A stretch of DNA of 64,000 nt from Pseudomonadota bacterium (GTDB lineage: Bacteria > Pseudomonadota > Alphaproteobacteria > SHVZ01). The position numbers and the translations under genes were made by a program. Shown piece after piece: positions 54,596 to 63,818 of the stretch. The number at the start of each line of letters is the position of its first letter. The first letter of the stretch is position 1. The stretch spans positions 143,918-207,917 of the forward strand of contig JACQAG010000022.1 in assembly GCA_016195085.1 (NCBI GenBank). The letters run 5' to 3'. Below the pieces are notes generated by a model. That model saw only the letters and a list, made by a program, of their open reading frames with translations, did no database searches and was not told the DNA's origin.

Positions 54596-55581
54596 GGCAC
54601 CCCTCCGAGCCTGATGCGGGGGTCGACGGCAGCATAGATGAGGTCGACCGCCAGGTTCACCAGCGCGAACAGGATCGCGAAGGTAAGCGTGATGCCCTGG
54701 ATCAACGGCAGGTCGCGCTGCGAGATGGCGGCGATGGTGAGCTGGCCGAGGCCGGGCCAACCAAATATGCTCTCGGTCAGCACCGCACCTCCCAGAAGCG
54801 CGCCAAAACGCAGCCCGATCATGCTGATGACCGGCAGCAGCGCATTGCGCAGCACATGGGCGAAGATGACACGGTGGGGCCGCAAGCCCTTGGAATGGGC
54901 GGTGCGGACGAAGTCCTCGCTGAGCACCTCCAGCATGGAGGCGCGGACCAGGCGGCTGATGACGGCCGCCGCGTTGGCGCCGAGGGCGAGCGCCGGCAGA
55001 AAGAGATGGGAGAGAAAGTTGACGAAGACTTCCGGCTCGCCCGTCACCGCGGCCAGCAGCGCGTCGGGCAATGGTGCGCCGCGCCCGATCGCCGGCAGCC
55101 AGCCGAGATGGACGGAGAAGAAGAGGGCCAGAAGGATGCCGAGCCAATAGATCGGCATCGACACTCCGAGCTGGGCCAGCAGCATGGCGCCGACATCGAT
55201 CATGGTTCCCTGGCGTGAGGCGGCGGCGACGCCGAGCGCGATGCCGGCGATGGAAGCCAGGAGCAGGGCGACGACCGCCAGCTCCACCGTCGCGCCGAGG
55301 CGGCTGAAAATCACCGTCGAGACCGGCTCGTTCTGGAAGAGCGACATGCCCATGTCGCCCTGGGCCAGCCGCAGGACATAGTCGCCGAGCCGCATGTACC
55401 AGGACGCGTCGAGCCCAAGCGCCGTGCGCAGCCGCTGGATCGCCTCGGGCGATGCTTCCGGGCCCAGAAGCATCGCTGCTGGATCGCCGGGAATGAGCAG
55501 CAATAGGCAGAAGGTGACGACGACCATGCCCGCCGCCGTCGGGATGAGTAGCACCAGGCGTTGACCGACATAGCTCAGCAT
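54592..55581 (-). CDS. ABC transporter permease, DppB/OppB type
   Basis: Starts at MLSYVGQRLVLLIPTAAGMVVVTF and ends with VDLIYAAVDPRIRL. Confidence 0.9.
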   Translation of the reverse strand: MLSYVGQRLVLLIPTAAGMVVVTFCLLLLIPGDPAAMLLGPEASPEAIQRLRTALGLDASWYMRLGDYVLRLAQGDMGMSLFQNEPVSTVIFSRLGATVELAVVALLLASIAGIALGVAAASRQGTMIDVGAMLLAQLGVSMPIYWLGILLALFFSVHLGWLPAIGRGAPLPDALLAAVTGEPEVFVNFLSHLFLPALALGANAAAVISRLVRASMLEVLSEDFVRTAHSKGLRPHRVIFAHVLRNALLPVISMIGLRFGALLGGAVLTESIFGWPGLGQLTIAAISQRDLPLIQGITLTFAILFALVNLAVDLIYAAVDPRIRLGGVP

Positions 55582-55621
55582 CGGCGCCGTCCGCCGCTTC
55601 CAGCCAGCCCGTGATCGCTCG

Positions 55622-57160
55622 TTACTTGGCCGGGGCGACGAGGGCGCGCAGATAGCCCCTGGGATTGACCTGAAGCTCGCCGAGCTTGGGGTTGTGGAAG
55701 CGCTGATAGCCTTGGTAGGAGAGCACGTAGTAGGGGAGCTCGTCGGCGATGACCCTGGCCGCACCGCGATAGGCTGCTTGCCGCCCGGGGAGATCGAGGG
55801 ACTGCCGGCCGGCGTCGAGCAAGGCGTCGAGCGCCGGGTTGGCGTATTTGCCCCAGTTGAGCGAGCCGTCGGTATGGAGCTGGCCGTAGCTGACACGGTC
55901 CGGATCGACGAGGTTGAGCCAGCCGAGGAGCGCCACCTGGTGCTTGCCCTGCTGAACATAGCCGGTCGAGAAGGACGGCCAGTCGGAGATCTGGATCTCG
56001 GCCTGGATGCCGGCCTGCTTCATCACCGCCTGCATGAATTCAACGGCCTGGACGCGGTTCGGGTCCTCCGAATGGGTGGCGATGGTCAGCTTCAACGGCT
56101 TGCCGTCCTTTCTGAGGAGCCCGTCGCCATTGCTGACCTTCCAGCCGAGCGAGGCGAGAAGCGCGCGCGCCCCCTCGGGGTCGAAGTCTGGCTGCTTGAT
56201 CTCGGGCGAATAGGCCCATGACGAGGGCAGCAGGATCGAAGTTGCCGCCTGGTCGACACCCTCGTAGATCTTTCCGACGATGGTCTTCTGGTCGATCAGC
56301 ATGGCGAGCGCGCGCCGCATCTTCGGGTCGGCGAGGATGGGATCGGCCGTGTTCAAGTTGAGGTAGGTGATGCCGAGTCCGGCCTGAACGGTGGGGACGA
56401 AGCGGCGGTCGGCTTGCAGCCGCTTGATGTCCTGGGGCGATAGGGGCGACTGAATGAGGTCGAGATCGCCGGCTTCGAAGGCCTGGGCACGCGCCGTATT
56501 GTCCCCGATCACCACGAGCTCGATCGTCTTTGCCGCCGGAGCGCCGGCCCAATAGTCCGCATTGGCTTCGAGCTTGATCGATGCGCCGCGTTGCCAGGCG
56601 GCGAGCTTCATCGGTCCGGTCCCGATCGGCTTCAGCGCGATGTCGCGTCCGCCCTCGACCAGGGCCTTCGGCACGATGCCGACATCGAGGTAGCTCAGGA
56701 GCGGCGCATAGGGCACCTCGAGGGTGAATTTGACCGTCGAGGCATCGATCGCATCCACGGAAGCGACCGGTGTCACCAGGGCGCGATAGGGCGCGTTGAA
56801 TTTCGGGTCGATAATCGAGCGATAGGTGAAGACCACGTCTTCGGCCGTCAGCGGCGCGCCGTCATGGAACTTCACACCCTTGCGCAGATGGAAGACCCAC
56901 ACGGTTGGAGCGGGGTTATCCCAGCTCTCGGCGATATCCGGCACCGGTTTCAGATCCTGAGAGAGCTGCACCAGCCCGTCATAGATCAGATCGTTGGCGC
57001 GAAACGCCGTCGTATCCCGGGCGAGCCTGGGATCGAGCGTGCCCGCATCGACATCGATACCGACACGGACGGCTTTGGGCATTTCCGCGTAGGAGACGCC
57101 TGGTGTCGTGGCCGTCAGCACTGCCGCAAGCACGAGTGGGGCGGAGACGATCGCTCTCAT
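55622..57160 (-). CDS. ABC transporter substrate-binding protein, family 5
   Basis: Signal peptide MRAIVSAPLVLAAVLTATTPGVSYA, then typical family-5 sequence (WVFHLRKGVKFHDGAPLTAEDVVFTY...). Confidence 0.9.
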   Translation of the reverse strand: MRAIVSAPLVLAAVLTATTPGVSYAEMPKAVRVGIDVDAGTLDPRLARDTTAFRANDLIYDGLVQLSQDLKPVPDIAESWDNPAPTVWVFHLRKGVKFHDGAPLTAEDVVFTYRSIIDPKFNAPYRALVTPVASVDAIDASTVKFTLEVPYAPLLSYLDVGIVPKALVEGGRDIALKPIGTGPMKLAAWQRGASIKLEANADYWAGAPAAKTIELVVIGDNTARAQAFEAGDLDLIQSPLSPQDIKRLQADRRFVPTVQAGLGITYLNLNTADPILADPKMRRALAMLIDQKTIVGKIYEGVDQAATSILLPSSWAYSPEIKQPDFDPEGARALLASLGWKVSNGDGLLRKDGKPLKLTIATHSEDPNRVQAVEFMQAVMKQAGIQAEIQISDWPSFSTGYVQQGKHQVALLGWLNLVDPDRVSYGQLHTDGSLNWGKYANPALDALLDAGRQSLDLPGRQAAYRGAARVIADELPYYVLSYQGYQRFHNPKLGELQVNPRGYLRALVAPAK

Positions 57161-57210
57161 CGATACCTCCTGGTTTGCTGCGGCGGTGCCGGCGTGCCGG
57201 GCCGGGCGCG

Positions 57211-57975
57211 CTAGAGCCGCAGGGTAAAATCGTTCTTGCCGCTGCGGTCGACGCCGCGCATGAGGAACAGGGTGCGGTCCTGGTGGCCCATTGGTAGCTG
57301 CTTTTCCTGGCGCTGACGTTCGGCCAGCGCGCGATCGAACACCGAGGTCGTGGGCATGAAGCGGAGCGTCATGCCGCGCCTGGGCTTCGGCGAAGTGTTT
57401 GCCTCTGAACCGTGAACGAGAAAGACGTCATGCAGCGAGACCTGCCCCGCTTCGAGTAGGATATCGACCGCGTCCCCTTCGTCATATTCCGAAGCGTCCA
57501 GCTCCTGGTTGAGCGTGAGATTGCGGTCGGCATTGGTGCTGTGGCGGAACAGACGGCGCGCCTGGTGCGAACCGCGAATGATCCTGAGGCAGCCATTCTC
57601 GCGGGTGGAATCGTCCACGGCGATCCACACGGTGCAGGTGGCAATCGGCCGGATCGGCCAATACTCCCCATCCTGATGCCAGGGGGTTTTGCGGCCTTTG
57701 AAGGCCGGCTTGGCGAAGAAGCTGGAGTTCCACAGCGCGAAGTCGGGCCCGATGATCTGCCCGACCATGTCGACCAGAGTCGGGATCCGCGCATAGTTTA
57801 GGAAGCAGAGATCGTAGGCGAGGAGTGTGGAGCAATAGTCGACGAATTCCGGTTTTCTGGCGATCAGCCGGGAATGGTCGGCGCGGATCGCCTCGATCGT
57901 CGCCTCCGGCAGGCGAAAATCCGGAATGACGAAGCCGTCCTCGCGGTACCGCGCGAGCTCAGTCTCGCTCAGCAT
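57211..57975 (-). CDS. phytanoyl-CoA dioxygenase (PhyH) family Fe(II)/2-oxoglutarate oxygenase
   Basis: YREDGFVIP, WHQDGEYW (H-x-D facial triad), SLHDVFLVHGS (distal His) and RRGMTLRF are present. Confidence 0.8.
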   Translation of the reverse strand: MLSETELARYREDGFVIPDFRLPEATIEAIRADHSRLIARKPEFVDYCSTLLAYDLCFLNYARIPTLVDMVGQIIGPDFALWNSSFFAKPAFKGRKTPWHQDGEYWPIRPIATCTVWIAVDDSTRENGCLRIIRGSHQARRLFRHSTNADRNLTLNQELDASEYDEGDAVDILLEAGQVSLHDVFLVHGSEANTSPKPRRGMTLRFMPTTSVFDRALAERQRQEKQLPMGHQDRTLFLMRGVDRSGKNDFTLRL

Positions 57976-58065
57976 GCTCCAACTCCCCGACCGTCGTAAC
58001 GTCCGCTAGCTTAGCCTGGCTTGCATCCGGCCGCACGCCCCCGAGGGAGGCGAAGGGGAGCCGCT

Positions 58066-58989
58066 TCATGGTTGCGGCGAGCGGACCGGGCCCGGCGCCG
58101 GCTTACCCCCGGTATCGTCATGGGCGATGCCGAGTACGTAGAGGCCGCTCAGCACGATAATGCCGGCACCCGCGATCGACCAGGCGTCGGGCAGATCACC
58201 GAACAAGAGCCAACCGAACGGCACCGCCCACAGAATGGCGGCATAGTTGAAGGGTGCGAGCACCGAGGCCGGCGCCAACGCGAAGGCGCGGATGACGCAG
58301 ACTTGCGAGAGCGTGCCCAAGCTGCCAAGGGCCACGATCAGCAACCATTCACCTGCCGAAGGGCCGACCCAGACAAAGGGAACGAAGCAGCTCATGGCGA
58401 AGGCCCCGACCAGGGTCGAATAGAGCAGGCTGACCGCAACCCCGTCATAGGGAGCGATCTTGCGGGTCAGCAGCTGGTAGAGCGCATAGAGTGCGGCCGA
58501 TCCCAGCGGCAGCAAGGCCTCCCAGCCATGGCTCGTGGAACCGGGCTGGGTGATGAGGAGTGTCCCGGCAAGCCCAACGGCAATCGAGATCCAGAGGCCG
58601 AGACCGACCCGCTCGCCTAAGGCGAGGGCCGACAGCGCCGTCAGGATCAAGGGCGAGACGAAGGCGATGGCGGTCGCATCGGCCAGCGGAATGTAGCGGA
58701 GTGCCCAGAAGTAGAGGACGCCCGAAGTGACCAGCGCCGTCGAGCGGCCGAGCTGCAGCCACGGACGCCGGCTCGTCAGCAGCGGCGCCAGGCCCAGCCG
58801 CGGCACCAAAGGCAGGAGCGAGAGAAAGCTGAAGGCATAGCGCGCCCACACCACCTCGGCGACCGGCAGGGTCTGGCCCAGCGTCTTGGCGATGCTGTCC
58901 AGGCCCACGCCCACCAGGCTGCTCCCGATCATCAGCAGAATGCCGAGATGGATGGCGCGGCGCCCGGTGCGGCCTTCGGCAGTCGACAT
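58066..58989 (-). CDS. DMT-superfamily (EamA-like) transporter
   Basis: About 10 hydrophobic helices in two similar halves, starting at MSTAEGRTGRRAIHLGILLMIGSS. The upstream 15 codons were not needed. Confidence 0.8.
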   Translation of the reverse strand: MSTAEGRTGRRAIHLGILLMIGSSLVGVGLDSIAKTLGQTLPVAEVVWARYAFSFLSLLPLVPRLGLAPLLTSRRPWLQLGRSTALVTSGVLYFWALRYIPLADATAIAFVSPLILTALSALALGERVGLGLWISIAVGLAGTLLITQPGSTSHGWEALLPLGSAALYALYQLLTRKIAPYDGVAVSLLYSTLVGAFAMSCFVPFVWVGPSAGEWLLIVALGSLGTLSQVCVIRAFALAPASVLAPFNYAAILWAVPFGWLLFGDLPDAWSIAGAGIIVLSGLYVLGIAHDDTGGKPAPGPVRSPQP

Positions 58990-59051
58990 GGTTTCCTTGG
59001 GTGCACCGGCTCTCGGCACTATAGCCCCATGCACGCGCCGATCAGGGCGCC

Positions 59052-60617
59052 TTACCGCCGGGCCCGCTCCCCATAGAGTATGGTGACGTTGATCCGCCGG
59101 TTGGCATAGCCCGGCTCGAAGCTGAAATCGTCGGTTCGGTGGAAGAGGTCGGAGTCGAAGATCGCCGCCCGGTTACGGCGGTATGGGATGATGACGCTCC
59201 GCGCCCCGGCCTCGGCGAGAAACCGCCGGATCGCCTGCTGGTCGCTGTTGAACTTGGCGAAGTCCCAATCCGCCGGCGCCAGGCGGTCCCAGACTTCGAG
59301 CCCGCCGCGTCCGGGGCTGAGATTGGCCTCATCCGGCGTGATCCAGAAATTGACGTTGAGGCGCGCGGCATCGGCATGCAGATCCGTGCCCGCATGGCCG
59401 CTCTCATACTTGAACGCCCACATCTGCGTCAGCATCTCGCCGCCGAACAATTTGGGTAGCCGTTCCGGCAGCTCATGGGCGATCTGCAACAGGAGCGGCG
59501 AGGTGAAGCCGTCGCCGAGCATGGCGCCGACATAGCCTTCGGGATGGCGGTAGTCGAACCAGATGGTGGATTCCAGGCAGAAGCGATGGAGCTCTTCCAC
59601 CGCCGCCTGCGTCAGCAGCTCGTCGACCCACACGATCCCCGGCTTGGCGGCCTTGAACCGAGCGGCGATGGCGTCGTCGTCCAATCGAGGGTTCACGGCT
59701 GGAGTCGTGAACGCGCCCATCCGACGGTGCAGCACCCGGTTGTAGGTCGGTGCCAGGCGCTCGGCCTGGTTCGCCGTCAGCCGCACGGGGAGGGCGGTGT
59801 AAATCTCGGCCAATACTGCTTCATAGCGCTGGATCGTCTCCGCATACGTGGCGGGCACGAGCCCGAGACCGAGGAGATAGCGGAGCTGCTCGACGTCGTG
59901 GGCGAGCTTGGTCCGCGTGGTTTCGCGGAAGCTCCCATGACCGGATGCCGGCCCGGCTTGTTCGCTGAGTTCCGGATGGAACCACGGGGAGGCGCGCCGC
60001 CGGGCGAGGATCCGCTCATAGCTGGACCAGGCCGCCCCCAATCGGCCCGATCGGAGCTGCGCGGTTGCCAAATTGGCCGCGATCTCCAGGAGATGCGGTT
60101 GCACCGCGGCCGCCCGCTGAAACGCCGTCGCGGCCGAATGCGCGCATCCGGCGGCGAGGCGCGCCTCGCCAAGTCCGTTCCAGCCATCCGCCGCCGCGGG
60201 GGCGAGCAGCAAGGCCTTTTGCAGCCCAGCTTCGGCTTCCCTGGCCGCGCCGGTTGCAAGCGCCGAGGTCGCGAGCGCGATGAGGGAGCGCGAATCCGCC
60301 GAACCGAGCGCGGCTGCGCGTCGAATAGACGCCGTCGCTGCAGCGCCGTCGCCGGAGTCGCGCCGACACAGGCCGAGATTGAGATGCTGGTCGGCGAAGG
60401 CCGGATCGAGCGAGAGCGCGCCCATGAAGAAGCGCTCGGCCAGCGCGTGCTCGCCCATGCGCGCGGCGATGACGCCGAGCATGCCAAGCACAGTCGGGTC
60501 CGCGGTCCCGCTCACCAGCACTTCCCGATAGGAGGCTTGGGCGGCGACGAGGTTGCCGGAATTGTATTGCTCGATCGCCAAGGCCTGCAGGCGATCGAGA
60601 TCGGCTCCAGAGGTCAT
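59052..60617 (-). CDS. TPR-repeat protein fused to a 2OG-Fe(II) oxygenase-like C-terminal domain
   Basis: The ATG at 60617 (MTSGADL) lies 5 nt downstream of the LysR gene stop. The N-terminal ~220 aa are Ala-rich TPR-like repeats. The C-terminal domain carries GTDLHAD (H-x-D), DSDLFHRT (distal His) and RRINVTILYG (2OG-binding Arg position). Confidence 0.6.
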   Translation of the reverse strand: MTSGADLDRLQALAIEQYNSGNLVAAQASYREVLVSGTADPTVLGMLGVIAARMGEHALAERFFMGALSLDPAFADQHLNLGLCRRDSGDGAAATASIRRAAALGSADSRSLIALATSALATGAAREAEAGLQKALLLAPAAADGWNGLGEARLAAGCAHSAATAFQRAAAVQPHLLEIAANLATAQLRSGRLGAAWSSYERILARRRASPWFHPELSEQAGPASGHGSFRETTRTKLAHDVEQLRYLLGLGLVPATYAETIQRYEAVLAEIYTALPVRLTANQAERLAPTYNRVLHRRMGAFTTPAVNPRLDDDAIAARFKAAKPGIVWVDELLTQAAVEELHRFCLESTIWFDYRHPEGYVGAMLGDGFTSPLLLQIAHELPERLPKLFGGEMLTQMWAFKYESGHAGTDLHADAARLNVNFWITPDEANLSPGRGGLEVWDRLAPADWDFAKFNSDQQAIRRFLAEAGARSVIIPYRRNRAAIFDSDLFHRTDDFSFEPGYANRRINVTILYGERARR

Positions 60618-60622
60618 CGCGG

Positions 60623-61534
60623 CTATTCCACGAGGTCCCAATAGGGCAGCGGACCGAAGCGTTCGGCCAGGAAATCGCTGAAGGCCCGAACCTTCGGCGA
60701 GAGATGGCGCGCATGGGGGTGAACCGCATAGATCGCCGTATCCTGGGGGATGTACTCGGCCAGCAGCGAGACCAGCGCACCCGCCTGCAAATCGCCGCCG
60801 ACGATGAAGCTCGGCAGGTTGACGATGCCGAGACCCTTCAACGCCGCGGCCCGGAGCGCATCGCCATTGTTGACCCGGAACCGTCCCTCCACCTCGACCG
60901 ACCATGGCCGTCCGTCCGTGCCGACGAAGCGCCACTCCTCCGAACGGGTGAGATTGCTGTAGCACAGGCAATCATGGCCCTCGAGGTCGTCGGGCGTCTT
61001 CGGCACGCCGCTTCGCTCGAGATAGGCGGGGCTGGCCGAAAGCGTGCGGCGCATGGGGGCGAGCTTGCGCGCGACCAGGCTCGAATCCGCCAAGCGACCG
61101 ATGCGGACGGCGACATCGAAGCCTTCCTCGACCAGATCGACAAAGCGGTCGTTCATCGCCATGTCGATCTCCACCTCGGGATAGCGTGCGAGGAAATCGG
61201 GCAGGGCCGGGGCGAGGTGGAGGAAGCCGAAGCTCATCGGTGCGTTCACCCTGAGCCGCCCCCTGGGAGCCGTCTGCAGTTTGCTCACCGACAGCTTCGC
61301 CTCTTCGATCTCTGCCACGATCCGCTGGGTCGCCGCGTAGTAGCGCTCCCCGGCCTCGGTCAGCGTGAGCGAGCGGGTGGTTCGGTGGAAGAGACGGGCG
61401 CCCAGCTCGGCTTCCAACGCCGCCACCTGCCGGCTGACCAGGGACTTCGAGAGGCTGAGCCGCCGCGCCGCTTCGGTGAACGACCGCGTCTCGGCCACCC
61501 GAAGAAACGCCTCCATGGCGGAAAGACGGTCCAT
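60623..61534 (-). CDS. LysR-family transcriptional regulator
   Basis: MDRLSAMEAFLRVAETRSFTEAARRLSLSKSLVSRQVAALEAELGARLFHRTTRSLTLTEAG is a canonical LysR HTH. It is divergent from the DoxX/pirin genes. Confidence 0.9.
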   Translation of the reverse strand: MDRLSAMEAFLRVAETRSFTEAARRLSLSKSLVSRQVAALEAELGARLFHRTTRSLTLTEAGERYYAATQRIVAEIEEAKLSVSKLQTAPRGRLRVNAPMSFGFLHLAPALPDFLARYPEVEIDMAMNDRFVDLVEEGFDVAVRIGRLADSSLVARKLAPMRRTLSASPAYLERSGVPKTPDDLEGHDCLCYSNLTRSEEWRFVGTDGRPWSVEVEGRFRVNNGDALRAAALKGLGIVNLPSFIVGGDLQAGALVSLLAEYIPQDTAIYAVHPHARHLSPKVRAFSDFLAERFGPLPYWDLVE

Positions 61535-61538
61535 GATT

Positions 61539-61550
61539 GTTGCCTGCAAC
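61539..61550. promoter_or_regulatory. candidate LysR-type operator half-palindrome GTTGC-CT-GCAAC
   Basis: Inverted 5-nt arms lie immediately upstream of the LysR start in the 125-nt divergent region. A related ATTGTTGCAA occurs about 35 nt further on. Coordinates are approximate to within 1-2 nt. Confidence 0.3.
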
Positions 61551-61659
61551 GCGACAGTATTGTTCCAATATCATGGATTGTTGCAAACCTGGGCGCAAGC
61601 CATGTTTGGGGCACCACACCGGGGCCGACCCGGATGGCATCAATCAGAAGGAGCTTCCA

Positions 61660-62130
61660 ATGTCGGATACGTCGCTTTCCGCGCCCAAGCCGCTGGTTCC
61701 GGCGCTGGGCTCGATCACCGAAGCCCTGGCACCCTTGGCCGACCCGCTGGTGCGGGCGGCAACCGGGCTCATGCTTGTCCCCCATGGTGCGCAGAAGCTG
61801 TTTGGCTGGTTCGGTGGCTATGGCGTTGCCGGCACCGGCGAATTCTTCGCCTCGCAATTGGGGCTGCCGGCCTCGCTGGCGCTCATGGCTGGGCTCATCG
61901 AATTCGGCGGCGGTCTGCTTTTGGCTTTTGGCCTGGCGACACGCGCCGCCGCTGCCTTGATCTTCGGCTTGATGGCTGTCGCCGTGGTCGAGGTGCACCT
62001 GGCGAACGGCTTCTTCTGGACCGATGGCGGCTATGAATACCCACTTCTTTGGAGCGTGCTCGCGTTGAGCTATGTCATCCGGGGCGGTGGCCGCTTCTCG
62101 CTCGATGCCGCGATCGGCCGCGAGCTTTAA
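61660..62130 (+). CDS. DoxX-family membrane protein
   Basis: ATG 61660 is preceded by AAGGAG. VPHGAQKLFGWFGGYG and four hydrophobic helices match the DoxX signature. Confidence 0.8.
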   Translation: MSDTSLSAPKPLVPALGSITEALAPLADPLVRAATGLMLVPHGAQKLFGWFGGYGVAGTGEFFASQLGLPASLALMAGLIEFGGGLLLAFGLATRAAAALIFGLMAVAVVEVHLANGFFWTDGGYEYPLLWSVLALSYVIRGGGRFSLDAAIGREL

Positions 62131-62181
62131 TAGGCGAAGACCGGCGGGCGCTCCGGCGCCCCCCTTTCGGAGACGAATGCC

Positions 62182-62883
62182 ATGACTATCCAACTGCGTC
62201 CGGCCGAAGCCCGTGGACATGCGAACCACGGCTGGCTCGACACCCACCACACCTTCTCATTCGCTCACTACTATGACCCGGCGCATATGGGCTATCGCAG
62301 CCTGCGCGTCATCAATGACGATAGCCTCAAGCCCGGATCCGGCTTTCCCATGCACGGCCACCGGGACATGGAGATCGTGACCTACCTCGTCCGCGGCGCG
62401 CTGGCGCATAAGGACACGACCGGCGGCTCCGGCGTGCTCAACCGCGGCGACGTCCAGTCCATGACGGCAGGGACGGGCGTGCGCCACAGCGAGTTCAACG
62501 CTTCCGACAAAGACGATCTCCGCCTGCTGCAGATCTGGATTCTGCCCGACCGCGAGGGGCATGAGCCCACCTACCGGCAGACCAGCGTCCCCGATGCGGC
62601 CAAGCGCAACACGCTCAGCCTGCTGGTCGCCCCTGACGGCGGCGAGGGCGTGCTCGACATTCACCAGGATGTCCGCATCTATGCGAGCCTGCTCGATCGC
62701 GGCGCCAGGGTCGGCCACAAGCTGGCATCGGGGCGCGGCGCCTGGATCCAGGTCGTCGACGGCACACTCTCGGCGAACGGGCAGACCTTGAAGACGGGTG
62801 ACGGTGCTGCGATCGAAGACGTCGAGACGATCGACATCGCCGCGACGACGGAGGCGGAGTTCCTGTTGTTCGACCTGACGTGA
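62182..62883 (+). CDS. pirin-family protein (quercetinase YhhW-like cupin)
   Basis: RGHANHGWLDTHHTFSFAHYYDP, PMHGHRDMEIVTY and GTGVRHSEFN are present. Confidence 0.9.
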   Translation: MTIQLRPAEARGHANHGWLDTHHTFSFAHYYDPAHMGYRSLRVINDDSLKPGSGFPMHGHRDMEIVTYLVRGALAHKDTTGGSGVLNRGDVQSMTAGTGVRHSEFNASDKDDLRLLQIWILPDREGHEPTYRQTSVPDAAKRNTLSLLVAPDGGEGVLDIHQDVRIYASLLDRGARVGHKLASGRGAWIQVVDGTLSANGQTLKTGDGAAIEDVETIDIAATTEAEFLLFDLT

Positions 62884-62921
62884 TCGCTCGGTTGCCGAAT
62901 TCGGCGGCCGAGCCATGGTCG

Positions 62922-63818
62922 TCATACCACCCGTCTCAGCCGGGGATCGAGCGCATCCCGCAAGCCGTCTCCGAAGATCTGCAGCGAGACCACCGTGAGC
63001 GCGATGGCGATGCCCGGGGCCAGGATCAGCCATTCGGCCTGCTGCATGACCTGTTGAGCGCTGGCAATCATGTTGCCCCAGGTGGCGACGGTCGGAGGGA
63101 CGCCGACGCCGAGGAATGACAAGGCCGCCTCGGTGAGGATTGCGTATGCGAACACGAACGTGGCTTGGACGATGATCGGCGAGACCAGATTCGGCAGGAG
63201 GTGAGCCATGATGATTCTGGATCGCGTGGCGCCGATTGCTTCCGCGGCCTCGATGAACTGCAGCTCGCGGAGGATCAGGGTTGCGGCGCGCACGATGCGC
63301 GCGATCCGCGGCGTATAGACGATGCCAAGCGCCAGCACGACGTTCAGCAGCCCCGGACCCAGGCCCGCCATCAGGGCGATGGCCAGAAGTATGTCGGGAA
63401 ACGCCATCATGGCATCGGTCAGCCGCATCAGTGCTGCGTCCAGGCTCCTGACATAGCCCGCCACGAGTCCCATCGCCGTTCCGATGACACCGGAGACGAC
63501 GACGACAAGAAAGCCGACCAGCAGCGAAAGCCGGGCGCCATAGATCGTGCGACTGAGGACGTCGCGGCCGAATTCGTCGGTGCCGAAGGGATGGATCGCG
63601 CTTGGCGCCGCCAGCCGATTGGCGACCTGCATCTTTTGCGGACTAAAGGGGGCGACCCAGGGCGCGAACACCGCGGAGATCACCGCCAATGCAAGCAAGA
63701 CGAGACCCACGACGAAGATGCGGCGACGCGTTAGGCGCATCAGCAGGCGCATCGCCGGCGATCTCGAGCGTCCGAGCCGGATGGTGCGGTCGCTGATGGT
63801 GGACACGGGCGGGCTCAA
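62922..63818 (-). CDS. ABC transporter permease, DppC/OppC type
   Basis: FGTDEFGRDVLSRTIYGARLSL and the C-terminal FGDGLRDALDPR are present. The listed TTG start overlaps the upstream stop (TTGA). An alternative ATG lies at 63752. Confidence 0.85.
   Translation of the reverse strand: MSPPVSTISDRTIRLGRSRSPAMRLLMRLTRRRIFVVGLVLLALAVISAVFAPWVAPFSPQKMQVANRLAAPSAIHPFGTDEFGRDVLSRTIYGARLSLLVGFLVVVVSGVIGTAMGLVAGYVRSLDAALMRLTDAMMAFPDILLAIALMAGLGPGLLNVVLALGIVYTPRIARIVRAATLILRELQFIEAAEAIGATRSRIIMAHLLPNLVSPIIVQATFVFAYAILTEAALSFLGVGVPPTVATWGNMIASAQQVMQQAEWLILAPGIAIALTVVSLQIFGDGLRDALDPRLRRVV

Noticed and set aside
62885-62912. Imperfect hairpin CTCGGTTGCCG-AATT-CGGCGGCCGAG after the pirin gene
   Set aside because: The stem has two adjacent mismatches and no U-tract on either strand, which is too weak to call a terminator.
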